Shown here: in pieces, positions 57,386-64,000 of the stretch
Position numbering within the stretch: position 1 is the first letter of the stretch
Layout: each line of letters opens with the position of its first letter
NCBI GenBank assembly: GCA_022508805.1
Contig: JAFLUM010000002.1
Location: 115,394-179,393, forward strand
From: Oscillospiraceae bacterium
GTDB taxonomy: Bacteria > Bacillota > Clostridia > Oscillospirales > Acutalibacteraceae
Reading direction: 5' to 3'
Length of the DNA: 64,000 bases
Notes under the pieces: model-generated
The model's database searches: none
What the model saw: only the letters and a program-made list of their open reading frames with translations
What the model was told of the DNA's origin: nothing
Program-made: the position numbers and the translations under genes

Positions 57386-57889
57386 ATGACACTCAACATT
57401 GTAATGGTAGAACCGGAAATCCCTCAAAATACAGGAAATGTTGCCCGTACCTGTGCGGCAACGGGTGCAAGACTGCATCTTGTGGGTCCGATGGGATTTA
57501 CTCCAGATGACAAAAAGCTTAAACGCGCCGGACTTGATTACTGGTACTTGCTTGATATTACCTATTACGATTCACTTGAGGACTTTTTCAGGAAAAATCC
57601 CGACGGCAAATTTTTCTACTTTTCAACAAAGGCTCAACATAGGCATACAGACGTTAAGTACCCCGACAACGCATATCTTGTATTCGGCAAGGAGACGGCA
57701 GGACTGCCCGAAAAGCTGCTATTTGAAAATCCCGACAGCACCGTCAGAATTCCGATGATAGACGAAGCAAGGAGTCTTAACTTGTCAAATGCGGTTGCAA
57801 TAGGTGTATATGAGGCTCTGCGGCAGTGGGATTATCCACAGCTTTTGGAGTCGGGCGAGCTGAGGAATTACAACTGGAACGACAAATAA
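57386..57889 (+). CDS. trmL: tRNA (cytidine/uridine34-2'-O)-methyltransferase (SpoU/TrmL)
   Basis: The N-terminus LNIVMVEPEIPQNTGNVARTC and a C-terminal SAM-binding knot (SLNLSNAVAI). Start at ATG 57386, after AGGTGA. Confidence 0.9.
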   Translation: MTLNIVMVEPEIPQNTGNVARTCAATGARLHLVGPMGFTPDDKKLKRAGLDYWYLLDITYYDSLEDFFRKNPDGKFFYFSTKAQHRHTDVKYPDNAYLVFGKETAGLPEKLLFENPDSTVRIPMIDEARSLNLSNAVAIGVYEALRQWDYPQLLESGELRNYNWNDK

Positions 57890-57900
57890 ATTGATAAGCA

Positions 57901-57942
57901 AACAGCGCAGTGAGACATTACCGTTTCACTGCGCTGTTTTTT
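57901..57942. terminator. bidirectional intrinsic terminator
   Basis: A 13-bp stem, AACAGCGCAGTGA-loop-TCACTGCGCTGTT, followed by TTTTT. Confidence 0.85.
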
Positions 57943-58808
57943 CATTTAATTTTAAATGTATAAATGTATCCGCCCTGATTGTCCTGTGAAATTACGAGCG
58001 ATTCATAGCTTATAGGGACTTTCGGGGTATCCCCTTTTTGCCGTGTGACAATATAATCGCCGTAACCGTAAAATTTTCCGTCTTCTAAATATTCCGTATA
58101 CTCCTCTAAGGTCCATCTGTTTTTATAGATTATCTCTGAATGCGGAAGACCGACATACCGAATATGCCACGGCTCATACCCAATACCCGTGTCTTTCTTG
58201 CCGTAATAAGGATATCTTATTATAAAGCCCTGTTGCCAGCAATTTTCATTGACATACCTACCCGCTTCAGACTTTAAAAACGCTTTTCCGCTGTAATATT
58301 TAACGTAAACATCCAGCGCAAGTCCCGCTTGATGCTCACTTGCCCCCTCCTCAGTCGCATATTTATTGCTGTCCTCCAAAGCGTTCTGCTCATCGGATGT
58401 CCTGTAAGCATCGGAAATATACAGCTTTTCGCCGAATTTTTCCGAGATTTCTTCAGAAATGAGCCTATACGCCTCGGCAACACAGGAATTCATTTGCACA
58501 TCACTGTTGCCGTAGTATACTGTATCTGCCGAAAAATCGCCTTTTAGCTTATTCTCCGTATTAATCAGCATAAGTGACTGATCAAACGATGTTTTTTCAT
58601 CATTCAGTAGATCTTGTAGGATGGCTGAATTAATTTCAGGAAATATTTCTTTAAACTCGACCGTTGCTTTATATGCGCTGACATAATCGCCGACAACAAA
58701 TTTTATTTGCGGATTGGAATAGAGGAAATCGGAAACACCAACGCAAATGATAACGGTTATTACAAGAACGATCAGAATTCTCTTCTTTAGTCTTTTATTC
58801 TTGATCAC
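57942..58808 (-). CDS. VanY-type D-alanyl-D-alanine carboxypeptidase (M15B), membrane anchored
   Basis: Zinc-site motifs SEHQAGLALD and EPWHIRYVG. I set the start to GTG 58808 (IKNKRLKKR plus TM); the track ORF (TTG 58886) would overlap the kinase by 92 nt. Confidence 0.85.
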   Translation of the reverse strand: MIKNKRLKKRILIVLVITVIICVGVSDFLYSNPQIKFVVGDYVSAYKATVEFKEIFPEINSAILQDLLNDEKTSFDQSLMLINTENKLKGDFSADTVYYGNSDVQMNSCVAEAYRLISEEISEKFGEKLYISDAYRTSDEQNALEDSNKYATEEGASEHQAGLALDVYVKYYSGKAFLKSEAGRYVNENCWQQGFIIRYPYYGKKDTGIGYEPWHIRYVGLPHSEIIYKNRWTLEEYTEYLEDGKFYGYGDYIVTRQKGDTPKVPISYESLVISQDNQGGYIYTFKIK

Positions 58809-60789
58809 AGAGCGGGAATGCGAGTCTGACCTTGAAAAGGTCGCCGTCAATTTGGATATCAAAGCTGCCCTTTTGAAGCTCGGCAAGGCTTTTAGCTATT
58901 GACAGACCGAGACCGCTGCCCTCCGTATTTCTGGAGCTGTCACCGCGCACAAAGCGTTCCATAAGCTCCTCCCCCGAAATGTTGAGTTGATCCTTGGAAA
59001 TATTTCTGAAATATATTTCCGCTATCTTACCCTTATGCGTGACGTCAATATATACACGCGTGTGGGGCTGTGCATATTTAGCGATATTGTTGAAAACGTT
59101 ATCAAACACACGCCACATATGACGGCTGTCCGCCATAATAAACAGCATTTCTTCCGGTTTATTGAGTACGATTTCAAGCTCGCTGTTTTCAAAGCGTTCC
59201 TCATATTCGCCGATAGCCTGTGATAAAAGTATTCCCAATTCAAATTTTGAAAGATTTACGGTAAGATTGCCTGTTGATGCTTTTGAGGCTTCAAGCAGAT
59301 CGTCGATAAGCTTTTTAAGCCGTGCAGACTGCCGAGAGAGCACCTCAACATATCCTGTTGCCGTTTCGTTATCAATATCCTCTTTACTCAGCAGATCGAC
59401 ATAATTGATTATTGAGGTGAGCGGAGTTTTTATGTCGTGAGAAACGTTGGTTATAAGCTCTGTTTTAAAGCGTTCGCTCTTCATTTTCTGCTCGACAGCG
59501 TGGGCTATGCCGTCGTTGATATGATTGATATTTTCGGCGTGTTTTTTAACATCGCCAAACATATATTTAGTATTTATTTTCTTGTAAATATTACCTCTTG
59601 CGATATCCTCAGTGCCCTTTTGCACGTTTTTAAGTAAAATAGCGACGAGAATCAGGCACACGGCAAAAATAAAATTATAGAGTAATATCAATATGGGTTC
59701 TTCTGCAATGAGTAAGATAGTTTCAATTACGAAAACGCTCAAGCTTATCAGAACGGTTTTCCATACGAGCGGTATTTTTGAAAACATCCGCCCCACAAAC
59801 AGGAAGATTTTTTTGCACAGGAGAAAAAGCTCTAACAGAAGTTTTATACACAAACGCAAAATCTTATATACTAATGTTGTTTTTATAAATGACTTTGTTT
59901 TGAGCCTGACCGCCGCGGTCATACAAAGAATTACGAGCATAACGGACAATAGAATTACGGCAAATACGCAGTATGCAAAAGATAAGGGGATGAATAAGGA
60001 AAACACAGTATAAAGGATAGGACCGCCGATAGCATCTATTAAAAATTCATCAAATATCCAGGGAATTGATCGTATAAACCCTAAAATCACCAAACCGAAT
60101 ATACACAAGAGTATCTCAAAGGGGAAACGGTCAAACCGTGAGGTGTGTATCCCCTCCTCGCCCGATTTATGACCTGTCGAGCACATAAGATATATAAACA
60201 AAATCAGCGATAAAATTGCTGAAATGCTTGCCATAACAACAAGCCCCGTTACACCTTTTTTGGCAACGAAGTCAAAGGCTTTTTCGGTGTAATAAAAGCC
60301 GTCTTTTTCGGTTAAATCCTTTTTCAGATAAGCAGTTACGATAATTTTATAGCTTGTTATTGAGTGTTCACTGTCTTCATATTCCGATTCATCGTACTCG
60401 TAGCGATCGGTCGTCATTTCAGTCTCATCGCCAAAGGACTCCATATAATACGACATTTGAAACGTATCGCTATAGGATGCACGCGTTTCACTGTCATCTA
60501 CATTTGAAAAAAGAAGGCTTCCATCCGCATATTTTACCTCATACATCAGATTATCCGATATGTTTAGACGCTGATCATCAATATAATTCCCAATGCCATA
60601 TGTAGCACTGCGGAGCTCGGACTCAAGAAGCTCTTCTTTCGCGGCTTCTATTGCTTGCTTATTGCCGAAGGCACCACACTCAAAACCGAAAAACAGACCT
60701 GCGGCTGACAAAACGATAAGCGCAACAAAGACTCCGAAAAGAATAACTGCGGTAAATTTGAGTATAAAATTGCTTTTTAGTTTTTTCAA
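58795..60789 (-). CDS. sensor histidine kinase
   Basis: Multi-TM N-terminal half, H-box SHDIKTPLT, N box NNIAKY and G box GSGLGLSIAK. Confidence 0.9.
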   Translation of the reverse strand: MKKLKSNFILKFTAVILFGVFVALIVLSAAGLFFGFECGAFGNKQAIEAAKEELLESELRSATYGIGNYIDDQRLNISDNLMYEVKYADGSLLFSNVDDSETRASYSDTFQMSYYMESFGDETEMTTDRYEYDESEYEDSEHSITSYKIIVTAYLKKDLTEKDGFYYTEKAFDFVAKKGVTGLVVMASISAILSLILFIYLMCSTGHKSGEEGIHTSRFDRFPFEILLCIFGLVILGFIRSIPWIFDEFLIDAIGGPILYTVFSLFIPLSFAYCVFAVILLSVMLVILCMTAAVRLKTKSFIKTTLVYKILRLCIKLLLELFLLCKKIFLFVGRMFSKIPLVWKTVLISLSVFVIETILLIAEEPILILLYNFIFAVCLILVAILLKNVQKGTEDIARGNIYKKINTKYMFGDVKKHAENINHINDGIAHAVEQKMKSERFKTELITNVSHDIKTPLTSIINYVDLLSKEDIDNETATGYVEVLSRQSARLKKLIDDLLEASKASTGNLTVNLSKFELGILLSQAIGEYEERFENSELEIVLNKPEEMLFIMADSRHMWRVFDNVFNNIAKYAQPHTRVYIDVTHKGKIAEIYFRNISKDQLNISGEELMERFVRGDSSRNTEGSGLGLSIAKSLAELQKGSFDIQIDGDLFKVRLAFPLCDQE

Positions 60790-61493
60790 CGCTCAGCACT
60801 CCCCTCAAATTTATATCCTTGACCCCAAACCACCTTTAAATAACGCGGTTCGGCAGGGTTTATCTCAAGCTTTTCTCTTAAATGTCTTATATGTACCGCC
60901 ACGGTGCTTTCGGCTCCGTAGGGGGTGTCCTTCCAAACCTCTAAATAGATGTCTTTAGGCGAAAAAACCTTATCGGGGTTTTGCATAAGCAGCCGCAGTA
61001 TTTCATACTCGGTGGGAGTAAGCGACACAGTTTCGCCGTCCGCCGTCACTCTTTTTGCGGAGTCGTCAAGCTCAATACTGCCGATGCGTACAGTTTTGTC
61101 GTGCTGAACATTTCCCCCAAGCATCATATAACGGCGAAGCTGAGATTTTACCCTTGCAATCACCTCAACGGGGTTAAACGGTTTTGTGATATAATCGTCC
61201 GCCCCCACATTAAGACCGAGAATTTTATCGGTGTCCTCACCCTTTGCAGTCAGCAAAATAACGGGAATATTGCTTATTTCTCGAATCTTGACCATTGCGG
61301 TGATGCCGTCCATCACGGGCATCATTATATCCATTAAGACAAGCTGAACATCCCCTGTTTTAACTTTTTCCAAAGCCTCTTTACCGTTGTAGGAAAGCAC
61401 CGTGCCGTAGCCTTCAGATTTTAGATAAATATCAAGGGCATTGACAATGTCTCTTTCATCATCGCAAATAAGTATGTTATACATATTTTTCAA
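60786..61493 (-). CDS. OmpR-family response regulator
   Basis: Receiver domain (ILICDDE, DIMMP, LTAK) and winged helix (T..E..IL..L......VFS, VWGQGYKF). It has a 4-nt overlap with the kinase gene. Confidence 0.93.
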   Translation of the reverse strand: MKNMYNILICDDERDIVNALDIYLKSEGYGTVLSYNGKEALEKVKTGDVQLVLMDIMMPVMDGITAMVKIREISNIPVILLTAKGEDTDKILGLNVGADDYITKPFNPVEVIARVKSQLRRYMMLGGNVQHDKTVRIGSIELDDSAKRVTADGETVSLTPTEYEILRLLMQNPDKVFSPKDIYLEVWKDTPYGAESTVAVHIRHLREKLEINPAEPRYLKVVWGQGYKFEGSAER

Positions 61494-61565
61494 CCTCCAA
61501 CGGTATTGTAAAATAAATATAGTTAAGAAAAAAGTGAGTAAATCTTTAAGATTTTATTAAACGCA

Positions 61566-61598
61566 TAAAAAAGGCGGAGATGACTCCGCCGATTTTTT
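61566..61598. terminator. bidirectional intrinsic terminator
   Basis: AAAAAA-GGCGGAG-atga-CTCCGCC-GATTTTTT. Confidence 0.85.
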
Positions 61599-62619
61599 AA
61601 TATTTGTTGTGAACCTTTTCGGCGAACATCAGCATATCCTTGATTTCAAGCACCGTGCCGTCGTCAAGAACGGCTTTTCCCGTAATACGCCCGAAAACCT
61701 GATGCTGAATTGAGGCAAGCACCTTCAAATCTATATTTGCACTGCGGTCGATAATGGGTGTGAAATCCATTTCAAATCTGCCGTCTGACGAGGTAAATGT
61801 CCACGGGTCGGTAAACGAGCTTTCGGGAATATTGAAATACACATCGTCAAGCTTGTGTGCCTTGCCGTCATAGAAAAGTATGTTTTCACTGGCGGCGGAG
61901 GTGTCGCCGAATCCGTAACCGATATTAAAGCCGAAGGGTTTTCCGTCTATTATGCAGTTGCCTGAGCCCCAGTACCAGGTGTTGTCATAAGTCCAAACGC
62001 CCCTGCCCCAATCAAGCGTACCGAAATCCGTGGCAGGGTCAAAGGTGTACTTCATACCGCCGAGAGTGAAATAACCGTCTGCTCTCATACAGTTAATTTT
62101 TTGGTTGTAATAAAATGCCTTTTTATCCTCTTTCCACGGAGTTGCTATTACCATTGTATCCATAGGCGGCTGAGAGAGCTTTATATCACACTTGAAATCG
62201 TTGCCGTCCTTGAAATTTTTGCAGGAGCAGATTATCCTGCGCTCACCCTGCGTCTTTATGTAATCAATGGACAAATTTTTATCGCTGTAATGCACGTTTC
62301 CTTTATCGGAATGCGACGGCATTTTCAGCTTACCCATAGGGAACGGCTGTATAACGGTTTTTGTTGTCTCTGACGGAGTTTTAAAGTCGAGGAACGACAC
62401 GGAGTGAAGTCCTAAATATCCGCAGTCAGAAACCGTGAAGGCTACGCCGTAATCTTGGGAAAGGACTAAATAATAATCCCATTCCTTTATACGGAATTTT
62501 GACGCTTTTATTGCCTTTCGGTCATAATGCTGAACGAGAGATGTCGACCAGCCCGGCTCACGCAGACTGCCGTCCACATTTAAAAGCTCACCGTAATTTT
62601 CCACCAAATGATTTCTCAT
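61597..62619 (-). CDS. DUF2804 domain-containing protein
   Basis: A 340-aa protein whose N-terminal pattern (L.REPGWS......Y.R..IK.S..RIKEWDYY) resembles DUF2804. Confidence 0.78.
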   Translation of the reverse strand: MRNHLVENYGELLNVDGSLREPGWSTSLVQHYDRKAIKASKFRIKEWDYYLVLSQDYGVAFTVSDCGYLGLHSVSFLDFKTPSETTKTVIQPFPMGKLKMPSHSDKGNVHYSDKNLSIDYIKTQGERRIICSCKNFKDGNDFKCDIKLSQPPMDTMVIATPWKEDKKAFYYNQKINCMRADGYFTLGGMKYTFDPATDFGTLDWGRGVWTYDNTWYWGSGNCIIDGKPFGFNIGYGFGDTSAASENILFYDGKAHKLDDVYFNIPESSFTDPWTFTSSDGRFEMDFTPIIDRSANIDLKVLASIQHQVFGRITGKAVLDDGTVLEIKDMLMFAEKVHNKY

Positions 62620-62643
62620 AACACCTTGATCCCCTTTTTAAAA

Positions 62644-63636
62644 TTATAGTATGTCCACCTTTAAAGGCGTATCATTGTATTTATAAAAGCGTCTGTCCTC
62701 CAGCGCCCAAAGTCTTTGTGAAAACTCCCCTTTTTCCACATTTTCAACAGCGCTCATTATCTCATACACGCGGGCGTCCATAAGGTCAAGCTGTGACAAT
62801 AGCTCGGCTTCAAGGAACTGCGGTCTCACTGCGGCGCCGAAATCCGGCTCACCGTGATGGGAGAGCACCATATGCTGCAAAAGGAGCGAAAGCTCTTTAT
62901 CTATTGAGAGCTTTTCGGCTGCTTTTTCCACCATCATAGCTCCTTTTACAAGGTGTCCTATAAGATTGCCTTCAACCGTATATCCTGAGGCAAGTCCCGA
63001 ATCGCGAACCTCAAACTCCGTGGTCTTAGCGATGTCGTGCAAAATTGCACCTGAAATGAGCAATTCACGGTTTACGAACGGATACACCTTGCAAATGCCC
63101 TCACAAAGGCGGACAATTGAAGCGGTATGCATTAAAAGCCCGCATCTTATGGCATGATGAAGTCTGTACGCCGCGGGAAAATACAAGATCTTTTCTTTAT
63201 TTTCATCCAAAAGATATAAAACCAGCTTTTTAAGGTCATCATTTTTAAAGGCATTTACAGTGGAAACAAGAAAATTCATCATATCCTCACCGCTGTAATC
63301 GGCCGATTTCACATAATCGGAGATACGTACGTTGTCACTGTCAATCACGGGACGGATACGTTCTATTCTAAGCTGATCATTTCCGTTGTATTTAAGAAGA
63401 GTTCCTCTAATCTTTACAAACATATCCGCTTCATATTTGCCGTGAGACACCTCGGTATAATCCCACAGCTTAGCGGAAATTTCACCGTCCCTGTCGGAAA
63501 GAACCATATCAAGATATGCGTTCCCGTTTTTTGCGGTTTTTCTGTCACATTGCTTTATTACAGCGAAGCCTTCGACCTGCCCCGCGTTGCCTATTTCCTT
63601 AAAATTCATAAATCTTTTCGGCGTAGTATAAATCAA
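62644..63636 (-). CDS. yhaM: 3'-5' exoribonuclease YhaM (OB fold + HD domain)
   Basis: Colinear with the YhaM pattern: NG..YL...L.D..GEI.AKLWD; HH......GL..H; ILHD..K; YTVEGNLIGH; LSHHG. Confidence 0.9.
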   Translation of the reverse strand: MIYTTPKRFMNFKEIGNAGQVEGFAVIKQCDRKTAKNGNAYLDMVLSDRDGEISAKLWDYTEVSHGKYEADMFVKIRGTLLKYNGNDQLRIERIRPVIDSDNVRISDYVKSADYSGEDMMNFLVSTVNAFKNDDLKKLVLYLLDENKEKILYFPAAYRLHHAIRCGLLMHTASIVRLCEGICKVYPFVNRELLISGAILHDIAKTTEFEVRDSGLASGYTVEGNLIGHLVKGAMMVEKAAEKLSIDKELSLLLQHMVLSHHGEPDFGAAVRPQFLEAELLSQLDLMDARVYEIMSAVENVEKGEFSQRLWALEDRRFYKYNDTPLKVDIL

Positions 63637-63733
63637 AATATGTATACTCGGCTGCCGCGATTCCTTTCATATATAATGTAAATAAATTATACACTGAATA
63701 TTCTCTCATTGCAACCGAATTTTTACTGTAAAC

Positions 63734-63871
63734 TCACCCGAAAAGCATTCTTGCGGTATTGCCCTCTGCAATAAATACTCCGCAAAAGGCAAGAGTTATT
63801 AAAAGCGTTATTATTGATGAAATCAAAAAGCTTCTTACTATCCGTGACAGCTCGCTCATATTAAGCTTCAT
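63734..63871 (-). CDS. hypothetical 45-aa single-TM peptide (absent from ORF track)
   Basis: My hand translation gives MKLNMSELSRIVRSFLISSIITLLITLAFCGVFIAEGNTARMLFG. Its ATG overlaps the spoIIP stop. The SD spacing is poor for the first ATG. Confidence 0.35.
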   Translation of the reverse strand: MKLNMSELSRIVRSFLISSIITLLITLAFCGVFIAEGNTARMLFG

Positions 63872-64000
63872 ACTCCTTTAACATTTCTGAAAGTGACTGC
63901 GCAAAAAGCTGTGCCGCAAGCACTGCTTCCGTCAGCGTATTTGCATCAGAGCCGAATTCCACATACATTGCGCATGGCATTAAGTCTAAATTATATTTTC
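63861..64000 (-). CDS. spoIIP: stage II sporulation protein P, 3' end (partial, continues beyond the window)
   Basis: The open frame to the window edge reads KYNLDLMPCAMYVEFGSDANTLTEAVLAAQLFAQSLSEMLKEYEA. This matches the SpoIIP C-terminal pattern (N.DL.....L.E.G...NT..EA....L.A..L). Confidence 0.6.
   Translation of the reverse strand, partial: KYNLDLMPCAMYVEFGSDANTLTEAVLAAQLFAQSLSEMLKEYEA

Noticed and set aside
58809-58886. An N-terminal extension of the VanY-like ORF (TTG 58886).
   Set aside because: It would overlap the kinase coding end by 92 nt and add a non-hydrophobic 26-aa leader. GTG 58808 gives a canonical basic-plus-TM signal anchor.
1-64000. CRISPR arrays, tRNA or rRNA genes, IS elements, group II introns and large structured RNAs.
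   Set aside because: No spacer exceeds 321 bp, and no regularly spaced repeats of 25 nt or more were seen. No T-loop GGTTCGAAT-type motifs occur in spacers, and no reverse-transcriptase or transposase-like ORFs are in the track.

Overview
This 64-kb window is a chromosomal core segment from an endospore-forming Firmicute of class Clostridia. The gene content is Oscillospiraceae/Ruminococcus-like, but the taxon cannot be verified from here. It holds about 72 protein-coding genes, roughly 90% on the minus strand, packed into long operons. In order these are: metK behind a SAM-I riboswitch; rqcH, nif3 and trmK; a type-2 ileS; spoIIID; a PHP-ispE-MBOAT-DHHW block followed by a GGR-like flavoprotein; an ACT/UPF0210 pair; spoIVB; aroK-pfkA-dnaE; lon-engB-lysA; serC-serA; and a folE-P-B-K operon fused upstream to envelope genes and downstream to a DEDDh exonuclease. 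The window continues with tig-clpP-clpX; thrC; yraN-rnhB-rbgA; two lepB copies; whiA-rapZ-murB-hprK; a SASP gene, pdaA and trmL; an OmpR-regulator/kinase/VanY module; a DUF2804 gene; yhaM; and the 3' end of spoIIP. I found no rRNA, tRNA, CRISPR array, transposase, integrase or phage genes. I do not see a convincing novel multi-gene system, and no defence-type enzymes sit in unexplained context. The items most worth a second look are: (1) a low-GC three-gene islet, two DUF2812-like membrane paralogues around an acidic 97-aa protein, between thrC and yraN; (2) a two-gene insertion, with a low-GC RsiV-like anchored protein and an orphan PstS-like lipoprotein, that breaks lepB-rbgA synteny; (3) a repeat-rich 194-bp lysA-dnaE spacer that can fold into a long rod; (4) a terminator-bearing serC leader with 11-nt direct repeats; (5) the MBOAT/DHHW and ACT/UPF0210 pairs of unknown function. 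All functional calls rest on motif recognition in the supplied translations. No database search was run.
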